From an uncultured Holophagales bacterium (GTDB lineage: Bacteria > Acidobacteriota > Thermoanaerobaculia > Multivoradales > UBA5704), in the NCBI GenBank assembly GCA_963842525.1, contig CAWJGT010000019.1, forward strand, positions 470,191 through 534,190: a DNA stretch of 64,000 bases, read 5' to 3'. Numbering within the stretch: the stretch's first letter is position 1; each line of letters starts with the position of its first letter. Made by a program: the position numbers and the translations under genes. The notes under the pieces are model-generated. The model saw only the letters and a program-made list of their open reading frames with translations, was not told the origin of the DNA and made no database searches. Shown one piece after another: positions 35,401 through 42,400 of this stretch.

Positions 35401-38400
35401 GTGGCGGGCGGCCTGTACATCGGGGGCTCCGGGCTCGCCCGCGGCTATCTCGACCGGCCCGAGCTGACCGCGGCGGCGTTCGTTCCCCACCCCCTGGCCG
35501 GTGGAGAGCCCGGAGCACGCCTCTACCGTACCGGCGACCTCGCGCGGTGGCGGCCGGACGGCTCGCTGGAGTTCCTCGGCCGGGCCGACCAGCAGGTCAA
35601 GATTCGCGGCTTCCGGGTGGAGCCGGGCGAGATCGAGGCGATCCTGGCGCGCCACCCCGCAGTCGCGGACGTCGCCGTCGGCGTGCACGAGGACCGGGGT
35701 GATCGCAACGATCAGCGCCTGGTCGCCTGGGTGGTGCCCGCGGAAGCCGGGGATGCCCTCGTGCCGAAGCTGCGCGCGTTCCTCCGTGAGCGGCTGCCCG
35801 AGCACATGGTCCCCTCGGACTTCGTGCCCCTCGCCGCGATGCCGCTCACCCCGGGTGGCAAGGTGGACCGCCGCGCCCTGCCGGCGCCGGACCGCTCGCG
35901 GCCGGAGGACGGCGCCGGCTTCGTTGCGCCGCGCGGTGCAGTGGAGGAGACCCTCGCCGCCGTCTGGTCCCGCCTGCTCGGGGTCGAGCGGGTGGGGGCG
36001 GACGACGACTTCTTCGAGCTGGGCGGCCATTCGCTCCTGGCCACCCAGCTCGTCTCGCGCCTCCGCGAGGTCTTCGGCGTCGAGCTCCCCCTGCGCCAGG
36101 TCTTCGAGGCGTCTCGCCTCGCCCGGCTGGCCGCGGTCGTCGAGGACGCCCGCCGCGACCAGCGGGGCATGGCGGTCCCGCCGCTCCAGCCTCTTCCCCG
36201 GACCGAGGACGAGCCCCTGCCCCTCTCCTTCGCCCAGGAGCGCCTCTGGTTCCTCGATCAGCTCCAACCGGGGCGGCCGACCTACAACATGCCCACCGCC
36301 GTGCGGCTCGGCGGACCGCTGGACGCGATCGCCCTCGCCGCTGCTCTCGGCGAGGTCCGGCGGCGGCACGAGGCGCTGCGTACCCGCTTCCCGGTGCAGA
36401 GCGGTGCGCCGGCCCAGGTTATAGCTGAGCCCGACCCGTTCTCCCTGCCCCGGGTCGACCTCTCCCGGCTGGAGGGACCGGTCCGCGAGGCCGAGGCCAC
36501 CCGCCTGGCCGTGGCAGAGTCCAGCCGGCCGTTCGACCTCGCCGCCGGACCGCTCCTGCGCGCCACCCTGGTGCGGCTGGCCGAGCGCGAGCACGTGCTC
36601 CTGATCACCCTGCACCACATCGTCTCGGACGGCTGGTCCATGGGTATCCTCATCGAGGAGCTGGGCCGGTCCTACCACGCCTTCGCAGCCGGTACCGGGC
36701 CTGACCTGCCCGCGCTGCCCGTCCAGTACGCCGACCATGCCCGCTGGCAACGCGGCTGGCTGCGCGGCGAGGCGCTCGCGGTCCAGCTCGGCTACTGGCG
36801 GGACAAGCTCGGCGGCGAGCCGGTATCCCTGGAGCTGCCTCTCGACCGGACCCGTCCGTCGGGTGACGTCTTCCGCGGCGCCCGGCAGACCGTCCATGTC
36901 CCTCTGGCCGCCCTGAAAGCCCTGGAGGCCCTCGGCCGGCGCGAGGAGGCCACCCCTTTCATGGCCCTGGTGGCCGCCTTCGAGGCGCTGCTCCACCGCG
37001 TCACCGGACAGACCGACATCTCGGTGGGCACGCCGATCGCCGGCCGCACCCGGAGCGAGACCGAAGGGCTGATCGGCCTGTTCCTCAACACCCTCGTCTT
37101 GCGGGACGATTTGTCGAGAGATCCGACATTCCGCGAGCTGATCGGCCGTGTCCGGCGCACGGCCCTGGACGCCTACTCGCACCAGGACCTGCCGTTCGAG
37201 AAGATCGTCGAGGAGCTGCAACCGCAGCGCAGCTTCGGCCAGACGCCGTTCTTCCAGGCCATGTTCGTCCTGCAGAACACGCCGGCCGGCGCACTGGAGG
37301 CCGGGGAGCTGACCCTGGCGCCGGTCCCGGCCTATAACGAGACAGCGCGGTTCGATCTCACGATGTCCGTCTCCCAGACCCCCGCCGGCCTCTACGGCTG
37401 GCTGGAGCACAAGCCCGACCTTCTCCACGCCACCACGGTCCAGCGCTGGATCGAGGGCTTCCGGCGCATTGTCGAAGCCGTCGCCGCCGATCCCGACCTG
37501 CGGCTCTCCGAGCTGCCCCTCCTGTCGGCCGCCGAACGCCATCAGGTCGTGAGCGAGTGGAACGATAGCGAAGCCCCAAGTCGGGACGTCTGTCTGCACG
37601 ACCTGTTCGCGGAGCAGGTCGCGCGTACGCCTGGGGCCGTGGCCGTGATGGGCCTCGACGTGGATCTCACCTATGCGGAGCTGGCAGCCCGGGCGGAGGA
37701 CCTGGCCGGCCGTCTGCGTGCCCAGGGCATCAGGCCCGGTGACCGGGTCGCGATCCTGATGCAGCCCTCGCCGGACCGTGTCGCGGCGGTGCTCGCCGTG
37801 CTTCAGGCCGGCGCGGCCTATGTCCCCCTGGACCCGGCCTATCCGCAGGAGCGGCTGGACTTCATGGTCCAGGATGCGGGTGCGTCGGTCGTGCTGACGG
37901 ACCCTCACCCCCGGCCCCTCTCCCATCCGCACTCCCTCCCTCCGGGAGAGGGGAGGATTGCAGTGAGAAGGCTTCTTTCCTCCTCTCCCGGGGGATCGGG
38001 AGTGCGGATGGGAGAGGGGTCGGGGGTGAGGGCCTACGTCATCTACACCTCAGGCTCCACCGGCCAGCCCAAGGGCGTCATGATCGAGCACCGCCAGGCG
38101 GTCAACACGATCCTCGACATCAACCGCCGCTTCGGAGTGGGGGAGCGGGACCGGGTCTTCGCCATCTCGGCCCTCTCCTTCGACCTGTCGGTCTGGGACC
38201 TCTTCGGCACCCTGGCCGGCGGCGGCACGATCGTGCTGCCGCCGCCGCAGACCGAGGGGCCGGACCCGGCTGCCTGGGTGGAGCGGCTGGCGGCCTGCGG
38301 TGTCACGATCTGGAATTCGGCTCCACCTCTGCTGGAGATGCTGGTCGAGTCCGGAGCGCGGCTGCCGGCGACGTTGCGCCTGGCGATGCTCTCGGGCGAC

Positions 38401-39486
38401 TGGATCCCGGTCTCGCTGCCGGGCCGCGTCCGCCGGCAGGTCCCAGAATGTCGTGTCATCAGCCTCGGCGGCGCCACCGAGGGCTCCATCTGGTCGATCC
38501 TCCATCCGGTCCAGGAGGAGGACGCGCGGCGACGGAGCATCCCCTACGGCCGGCCGATGGAGAACCAGCGCTTCCATGTCTTCGACGGTCGCGGCAGGCC
38601 GGTGCCCATCGGCGTGGTCGGCGAGCTGTGCATCGGGGGCGCCGGGGTGGCCGGCGGCTATCTCGGCCGGCGGGAGCTGACCGCCGAGCGCTTCGCCCCC
38701 GATCCGTTCGGAGAGCCGGGAACGCGCCTCTACCGCACGGGCGACCTCGGGCGCTTCCTGCCGGACGGTACGATCGAATTCCTCGGCCGCCTCGACCACC
38801 AGGTCAAGATCCGCGGCTTCCGTGTAGAGCTGGGGGAGATCGAGACCGTGCTGGCGCAGCACCCCACGGTCCGCGAGGCGGTGGCCCTGGTGCGTGCCGA
38901 GGGTGCCTCGCCGGCCGCGGGCGGTGACCGCCGTCTGGTCGGGTATGTAGTGCCCCAGCAGGAGGCGGTTGTTGATCCTGCCGAGCTGCGCGCCTGGCTC
39001 GCGGTTCGGCTGCCCGAGTACATGGTGCCGCCGCAGATCGTCGTCCTCGACCGCCTGCCGGTGACCCCCAACGGCAAGCTCGACCGCGCCGCCCTGCCGG
39101 CTCCCGAGGCGCTGGCCCGCGAGGTGGTGCCGCCGCGCGATGCCGTCGAGGAGACGCTGGCCGGGATCTGGCGCCGCCTCCTCGGGGTGGAGGTGGTGAG
39201 CATCGACGACAACTTCTTCGAGCTGGGCGGCCACTCGCTCCTGGCGACTCGCGTGCTGGCCGCGCTGCGCGAGGAGCTGGGTGTCGAGCTGCCCGTACGC
39301 GAGGTTTTCGATCGACCGACCATCGCGGGCTTGGCCCTGGCCGTGGCCGAGCGCCGGGTCGAAGCCGTGCCCGAGGAGGATCTCGCCCACATGCTCGACG
39401 ACCTCGACGGCCTGTCGGACGAAGAGATCGAGCGCCTGCTCGCCGAGCCGGAGGAGGCCACCATAGCCGGCGGAGAGCCTCCATGA
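23476..39486 (+). CDS. 5336-aa NRPS: C-A(Thr)-T-C-A(Thr)-T-C-T-sulfotransferase-C-A(polar/basic?)-T-C-A(Cys)-T
   Basis: Five C domains and four A domains. Codes DFWNIGMVHK twice (Thr), about DAVDLGSITK, and DLWNMSLIWK with SGDWIP/SLGGATE (Cys). PAPS-binding APPRSGTTLLR at ~32075. Confidence 0.95.
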   Translation: MSERPGPAVAIEEALAGLSREEKALLFERLRKREKPGGRDSAIPRRRPGVGPLPLSFAQERLWFLDRLQPGDLYNVPYALSIRGNLEPAALAAALGGVVRRHEVLRTTFGERDGQPVQVIAPPGPWRLPLVDLAGLPAAQLDEELARLAAWEARRPFDLAAGPLLRTTLVRTAAAEHTLLLVLHHIVADAWSMTVLVHETAELYRAASMGQAPMLPELPIQYADFALWQRSWLQGEVLERQLAYWRSRLADAPAALDLPFDRPRPAVPSFRGAARTIALPPALAAGLRQLARDERLTLFMALLAPLQGLLARLAGVDDVVVGTTVTGRDRRELQGLIGFFINTLALRTDLSGDPDGRELLGRARQTTLDAFSHQDLPFEKVVGELSLPRDPYRPPLLRVLLQLLAHPEGGLDIPGLTLAPHGLDRETVKLDLILNVHDYPGGVLTEWLYDTDLFDASTVARLAGSFLTLLEGWVEDPARRLSDLPLLTAAQRHQLLVEWNPGPAGEPAWGCRGCLHRLFAHQAERTPDAPAVSMGGGRRTYRELDESSNRLARHLLAAGMRPGDRVALFLDRSLDMVEAIMAVLKAGAAYLPLDPAYPRERIAFALEDSGAALVLTVAARSPELPEIPENTARVLVLDRERDAIAHRSSGPVEAAADPELPAYVIYTSGSTGRPKGVVVPHGNVTRLFTATAPWFGFGPQDVWTLFHSYAFDFSVWEIWGALLHGGRLVVVPYWESRAPEAFYKLLRDERVTVLNQTPSAFRQLLWAEEAVGPHPLSPSPISHPPYPRERGDVAQAIPASPGTGALDASPLSRRGVEGRWEKGLGGEDTLSLRFVIFGGEALEPAMLRPWFDRHGDERPRLVNMYGITETTVHVTYRPLGREDRRSVVGRPIPDLTLHVLDRSLQPQPLGVAGEICVGGEGLAHGYLGRPALAAERFVPDPFGVLRGEAGARLYRSGDLARRLVDGDLEYLGRVDHQVKIRGFRIELGEIEAALTRHPAVGEAVVLARRDAGHGEDRLVAYVTAGPQPSPALPELRAFLAGSLPDYMLPAALVVLDRLPLTANGKVDRRALPAPEAVSTASREQVPPRDALGHALAGLVREVLAIPAEQETGVFDDFFELGGTSITGAIFINRLQETLEEIVQVVVIFDYPTVDALAGYVRHEHPKAVARLWPAALEPVDETKPARFRGLVRPVAHIAEDWSAIQPAGWREGEPIPLSSAQERLWFLDRLAPGSPVYNISTPLRLSGPLRVPAVAASLREILRRHMALRTRFVALGGVPHQVVDPVPEDVLPVVDLAGLPEPLREGEAQRLAAADAVRPFDLARGPMLRTLLLRLGPEEHVSLVAMHHIASDGWSMGVLIRELAVLYGALAQGRPSSLPEPAIQYADFAVWQRRWLQGERLEREIAYWREALAGAPVLDLPVDRPRPPVQTFRGAQLGFHVPAEVAAAFAAAGRRERASLFMTLLAGFAVLLSRYAGQDDVSVGSPVANRTRSEIEGLIGFFVNTLVLRTDLSGDPSFGELLGRVQRTAVGAFAHQEVPFEKIVEELQPKRDLSRSPLFQVMLTLQNASSEKLELPDLTLSPLEGGGTTVAKFDLTLALFEAPDGLAGSFEYNTDLFDAATIGRLARCFQTLLAAAAVSPEPVSELPLLSDAERRQLLERGRAESSGGIVCLHERFAQQAREAPAAPAITFAGATLSYAELNRRANRLAHALRARGIGPGDLVGLSLERSLDLVVAILGVLKSGAAYVPIDPDSPAERTAWILADSRVALLLTDSTLAEADKTADRDDDQVPWSAPEDPAYVIYTSGSTGKPKGVVVTHANVARLFASTEGWFGFGPEDVWTLFHSTAFDFSVWEIWGALLYGGRLVVVPYWVSRSPQDFYRLLVTERVTVLNQTPSAFRQLLWAEESVLDGGPPDLALRCVIFGGEALELSSLAPWFARHGDHRPELVNMYGITETTVHVTWRPLRQEDTARGSVVGRPIPDLALHVLDPKLEPQPLGVPGEICVGGGGLALGYLNRPDLTAERFVPDPFGSPGTRLYRSGDLARRLTDDLEYLGRIDQQVKIRGFRIELGEIEAALSSHPAVREAVVVAREGQLVAYVVAAPDQEEPTLEDLRSALTAHLPDYMLPSAFVLLPALPLTAHGKVDRRALPEPEWRPAQRQSVAPRTDLERLVAHLFAETLGLDRVGVHEDFFELGGSSITGAILINRLQEATGEAIPVVAIFETPTVAGLAERLSPSAVRLGDQAPPLVPVPRERDLPLSFAQQRLWFLDRMEPGSPAYNLPNAVRIRGRLDVPALGRTLQELVRRHETLRTSFALRNRQPVQVIAPDVLAGVFALPVVDLAALPEEAREAALPAEAAAEALRPFDLSRAPLLRATLLRLGDDDHALLLTMHHIVSDAWSMGVLVTEVTRLYGAFVRGEPSPLPALPVQYADFAVWQRQWLQGDVLAAQLAYWRQQLAGAPVLQLPTDRPRPAVQTWRGADFSFLLPAPLIQSLTALGHRHGRHRATLFMTLLAGAQLLLSRYSGQDDVTVGSTIANRTRPELEGLIGFFVNTLALRLDLTGDPSFADLLDRAREVTVGAYAHQDLPFEQLVAEIQPERDLGRSPLFQVLVQLQNTPAGTAEPAPGLVLEPVQKPGQTAKFDLVLNLAETAEGLWGQWKYNRDLFEEATIARLSSDLETLLAAVAAEPERRIAELPLLHGEERRQLLPQAPAAPVAAFTGATLGYAELVEPRNEVERFVAGLFAEALGLDRVGVHEDFFALGGNSITGAILINQLQETLGEIVQVVVIFDAPTVAELADYLAREHPQAAERLWGLAAVEQRGAGRVGDAQIAALRALLGGGAPLPLGVGDGGRAGEGSGEGALFVLAPPRSGTTLLRVMLGGHPALFAPPELELLSFNTLAERRAAFPGRDSFWLEGLVRAVMEIRGCGAEEAAALMEDLEREGLTTAELYGRLQSWLGGRMLVDKTPSYALDPAVLRRAEEVFDGPRYIHLMRHPLGMIHSFEEAKLDQIFFRYEHSFSRRELAELIWTVSHQNIVDLLQDVPAERQHWVHFEELVREPERVLRGICAFLGIDYHPAMAQPYEEGSARMTDGLHAASRMLGDVKFHQHQGVDARAAERWREELGEEALGEPSRQMAARLGYSLETGGKELGQIASSGWHEGAPLSFAQERLWFLSRLDPDSATYNIAAALRLRGRLDTPALEGALRQILRRHAVLRTTFDAVDGRARQNVGPVEGLDLPLVDLSALPAALREPELRRLIDEAAQLSFDLERDLLLRPLLLRLGQDEHGAVLVMHHIAADGWSMGVLIRELAALYRAFTQGQPSPLPDLPIQYADFARWQREWLKDERLDRELAFWRDALAEAPVLQLPTDRPRPPVQTFRGGRRFLLMPARIGEPLTAVGQGEGASQFMTLLAGFAALLARYAGQDDVSIGTPIAGRTRAEIEGLIGFFVNTLVLRTDLSGDPPFRTLLRRVRSAAVAAFAHQDLPFEKVVEELQPERDLSRTPLFQVMFTLQNAHSETLKLPGLTLEPLGADTGAAKFDLTLAMAQGPAGLFATFDYNLDLFDGPTIDRMAEHLAMLLEGVVAEPDRAVSELPLLTAGEQHQLLAEWPGTAPAGCSVPVDQLFREQAARTPGAVALLFGDERITYAELDERSDRLARELAAAGVGPEVRVAVALERSPALIEAFFGVLKAGGVYVPIDPSYPAERIELMLEDSGAAVVLRDPHPPSPPLPSALPIPLERGEQSRSSLELEKLFSPLPGEGSADGRGAGGEGPAYVIYTSGSTGRPKGVVALHRGLATFSLAMADALGLGPGDRFLQFASPSFDASAVQIFPTLLSGATLVLHPDPTALSPAELLVFCADQGVTVLDLPGALWRQTVQEMASGAAPHPPVRAWLTGGESLSLEALRQWAGTVDGESLFLSSYGPTEATITTTVFTLPAREVASLPAFGAPVGRPLGGAEVYLLDAALQPVPAGVAGGLYIGGSGLARGYLDRPELTAAAFVPHPLAGGEPGARLYRTGDLARWRPDGSLEFLGRADQQVKIRGFRVEPGEIEAILARHPAVADVAVGVHEDRGDRNDQRLVAWVVPAEAGDALVPKLRAFLRERLPEHMVPSDFVPLAAMPLTPGGKVDRRALPAPDRSRPEDGAGFVAPRGAVEETLAAVWSRLLGVERVGADDDFFELGGHSLLATQLVSRLREVFGVELPLRQVFEASRLARLAAVVEDARRDQRGMAVPPLQPLPRTEDEPLPLSFAQERLWFLDQLQPGRPTYNMPTAVRLGGPLDAIALAAALGEVRRRHEALRTRFPVQSGAPAQVIAEPDPFSLPRVDLSRLEGPVREAEATRLAVAESSRPFDLAAGPLLRATLVRLAEREHVLLITLHHIVSDGWSMGILIEELGRSYHAFAAGTGPDLPALPVQYADHARWQRGWLRGEALAVQLGYWRDKLGGEPVSLELPLDRTRPSGDVFRGARQTVHVPLAALKALEALGRREEATPFMALVAAFEALLHRVTGQTDISVGTPIAGRTRSETEGLIGLFLNTLVLRDDLSRDPTFRELIGRVRRTALDAYSHQDLPFEKIVEELQPQRSFGQTPFFQAMFVLQNTPAGALEAGELTLAPVPAYNETARFDLTMSVSQTPAGLYGWLEHKPDLLHATTVQRWIEGFRRIVEAVAADPDLRLSELPLLSAAERHQVVSEWNDSEAPSRDVCLHDLFAEQVARTPGAVAVMGLDVDLTYAELAARAEDLAGRLRAQGIRPGDRVAILMQPSPDRVAAVLAVLQAGAAYVPLDPAYPQERLDFMVQDAGASVVLTDPHPRPLSHPHSLPPGEGRIAVRRLLSSSPGGSGVRMGEGSGVRAYVIYTSGSTGQPKGVMIEHRQAVNTILDINRRFGVGERDRVFAISALSFDLSVWDLFGTLAGGGTIVLPPPQTEGPDPAAWVERLAACGVTIWNSAPPLLEMLVESGARLPATLRLAMLSGDWIPVSLPGRVRRQVPECRVISLGGATEGSIWSILHPVQEEDARRRSIPYGRPMENQRFHVFDGRGRPVPIGVVGELCIGGAGVAGGYLGRRELTAERFAPDPFGEPGTRLYRTGDLGRFLPDGTIEFLGRLDHQVKIRGFRVELGEIETVLAQHPTVREAVALVRAEGASPAAGGDRRLVGYVVPQQEAVVDPAELRAWLAVRLPEYMVPPQIVVLDRLPVTPNGKLDRAALPAPEALAREVVPPRDAVEETLAGIWRRLLGVEVVSIDDNFFELGGHSLLATRVLAALREELGVELPVREVFDRPTIAGLALAVAERRVEAVPEEDLAHMLDDLDGLSDEEIERLLAEPEEATIAGGEPP
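25792..25957. repeat. Full palindromic element inserted in-frame in the Thr A domain
   Basis: cctcacccc...ggggtgagg termini. Absent from the paralogous A domain at ~29190-29230. Confidence 0.9.
32003..32062. repeat. Half palindromic element in the T-sulfotransferase linker
   Basis: Nearly identical to 41484-41544 (gcccctctcccgctcgggg...gcgcgggggaggggtcgggggagggggcc). Confidence 0.85.
32062..32910 (+). other. Embedded PAPS-dependent sulfotransferase domain
   Basis: LFVLAPPRSGTTLLRVMLGGHP (5'-PSB loop), LVDKTPSY, YIHLMRHP..S (3'-PB), HFEELVREPE. Confidence 0.9.
34647..34796. repeat. Full palindromic element in-frame in the pre-A3 loop
   Basis: ccctcacccc..ccctctcccatccgcactccc ... gggagtgcggatgggagaggggccgggggtgaggg. 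Confidence 0.92.
37902..38032. repeat. Full palindromic element in-frame in the pre-A3 loop
   Basis: ccctcacccccggcccctctcccatccgcactccc ... gggagtgcggatgggagaggggtcgggggtgaggg. Confidence 0.92.
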
Positions 39487-42400
39487 GCTTGCAGGAGCTG
39501 GCCCGGGCCGCGGGGCTCGACCTGGACGACCTCGACCTGCTCGCGGAGATGCTGCGGGAGGAAGGGGTGCAGGTCGAGGAAGAGACCGGCATCCGTCGCG
39601 TTCCCGCCGCCGAGGCGCCGCTCTCTTTCTCCCAGGAGCGTCTCTGGTTCCTCGACCGGCTGACGCCGGGCACCGCGACCTACAACATGCCCGGCCCGCT
39701 GCGCCTGCGTGGACCGCTCGACACGCGGGTGCTGGCGCGCTGCTTCGCGGAGATCGCCCGCCGCCACGAATCGCTCCGCACCCGCTTCGCCATCCGCGAG
39801 GGGACCCCGGTCCAGGTGATCGATCCTCCGGGCGCCTGGACGATCCCCGGCATCGATCTGACCGCCCTCCCCGCGCCGCGGCGGCAGGCCGAAGCCGAGC
39901 GCCTGGCCAATGAGGAGTCGGGCTGGCCGTTCCAGCTCGATCGCGGACCCCTGCTGCGCACCCTCCTGCTGCGTCTCGATGATGGTGAGGGTGGGGGCGA
40001 GCACGTCCTCCTGCTGACGATGCATCACATCATCTCGGACGGCTGGTCCATGGGCGTGCTCTTCCGCGAGCTGACCACCCTTTACCAAGCCTTCACCGCG
40101 GGCGAGCCGTCGCCCTTGCCGGAGCTGCCCGTGCAGTATGCCGACTTCGCCCGCTGGCAGCGGGAGCGACTCGCCGGGCCGGACCTGGAGACCCAGCTCG
40201 CCTACTGGCGGGAGCGCCTCGCCGGCAGCCCGGAGGTGATCGACCTGCCGCTCGACCGGCCGCGCCCACCGGTGCAGAGCTTTCAAGGCGAGGCCGTCCA
40301 GGTCGCGGTCCCCCGGCCGGTCGCCGAGAGCCTGAAAGCGCTCGGCCTCGCCGAAGGGGCCTCCTCTTTCATGATTCTGCTCGCCGCCTTCAAGCTGCTG
40401 CTGGGCCGCTGGAGCGGACAGGAGGACGTCCTGGCCGGCACACCCATCGCCGGCCGCGCGCGTCCTGAGGTCGAAGGGCTGATCGGCTTCTTCCTCAACA
40501 CCCTCGTGCTGCGCACCGATCTCTCCGGCCGTCCCACCTTCCGCGAGCTGGTGCGCCGGGTCCGTGAGGCCGCCCTCGGAGCCTACGCCCATCAGGACGT
40601 CCCCTTCGAGCGGCTGCTCGAAGACCTCCAGTCGGAGCGCGACCTGTCGCGCACGCCGCTGTTCCAGGTCTTCTTCAACATGCTGAACCTGCCCCGTTCG
40701 GAGGTGCGGCTTCCGAGCCGGCTCACCCTGGAGCCGCTCGCGGGCTCGACCGTGGTCGAGTCCAAGTTCGACCTCACGGTCTACGCCGCCGAGAGGGAGG
40801 ACGGCTTCGCCTTCAACCTGGTCTACAACGCCGACCTGTTCGACCGGCCGCGCATGGAGGAGCTGCTGCGCCAGTATCGCCGCGTCCTGGACCAGGTGGC
40901 GGCCGACCCCGACGCGCCGATCGATGCCGTCTCGCTGGTCACTCCCGCGGCTCTCGACCTGCTGCCCGACCCGGCCGCGCCGCTCGGCGATGCTTGGCAC
41001 GGCGCCGTGCACGAGCTGTTCGCGGCCCGCGCCCGCCGCCATCCGGACCGGCTGGCCGTGATCGACGGCGAGGGCACCTGGACCTACGGCGACCTGGCGG
41101 AGGCTGTCGCCCGTCTCGCCTCCCGCCTGCGGGCGGACGGGATCGTCTCCGGTGAGCCTGTGGCGATCTGGGCGCACCGCAGCGCGCCGCTGGTCTGGGC
41201 GGTGCTCGGCGTCCTGGAAGCGGGAGGCGCCTTCGTGGTCCTCGATCCCACCTATCCGCCCGCCCGCCTGGCCGACATCGTGCGCCTGGCGGCACCCCGC
41301 GCCTGGCTGGAGATCGCAGCGGCCGGGGCTCCGCCGCCCGAAGTCGAAGACCTGCTGATGGACGGCCGGGAAAGCCCTCTCCCCCTGGCCCCCTCTCCCG
41401 TGCGGCACCCAGCCTTCCGCCCCGAACGGGAGAGGGGGAACGCTGTGGCGGCTGGAGAAGGGGAAAGTCGTTTGGGCGGAGGCGCCCCTCTCCCGCTCGG
41501 GGAGGGGGGTGGTGGCCGCGCGGGGGAGGGGTCGGGGGAGGGGGCCACCGGCCTCCGCTGCCGGCTGACTCTCCCGGGCGGAGGACCGGAGAGAGCCCGC
41601 GCTCTGCTCTCGGCCTTCCCGGAGCCCAGACCCTCCGCCGCGGTCGGCCCCGACGATCTGGCCTACATCGCCTTCACCTCGGGCTCGACCGGCCTGCCCA
41701 AGGGAATCCTGGGCCGGCACGGGCCGCTGTCGCACTTCCTCCCCTGGCAGCAGGAACGGTTCGGCCTCGCGGACTCCGACCGCTACAGCCTGCTCTCGGG
41801 GCTGGCGCACGATCCGCTGCAGCGGGACATCTTCACGCCCCTGTGCACCGGGGCGACCCTGTGCGTCCCCTCCGTCGAGGAGATCGCCACCCCCGGCCGC
41901 CTGGCCGCCTGGATGGCCACCCAGGGGATCACCGTCGCCCACCTGACGCCGGCCATGGGACAGCTCCTGACCGAGACCGGAGGTGGGGGACCGTCTGTTC
42001 GCATCCCCGTCCGTATCCCAACATTGCGCTGGGTACTGCTGGTGGGAGACATCCTCACGCGGCTCGACGTCGACCGCATCCAGGCCCTGGCGCCGGCGGT
42101 GACCTGCGTCAACCTCTACGGCAGCACCGAGACCCAGCGCGCCGTGGGCTATCACGTGGTGAAGCCTGAGAGAGCCAGGACAGGGGAGCACGCCAAGCAG
42201 ATCCTCCCCCTCGGCCAGGGAATGCGGGATGTCCAGCTCCTCGTGGCCGGCCGAGTCAGCCGGGTCGGGTCGACTCCCTCGCCGCGGCTGGCGGGAATCG
42301 GCGAGCGCGGGGAAATCTGGGTGCGCAGCCCGCACCTGGCGCGCGGCTATCTGCACGACGAGCCCCTGACCGCGGACCGTTTCCGGACCAACCCCTTCAC

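Noticed and set aside
36220-37500. Heterocyclisation (Cy) domain in the Cys module
   Set aside because: The motif is standard HHIVSDGWS, not DxxxxD, so no thiazoline formation is supported.
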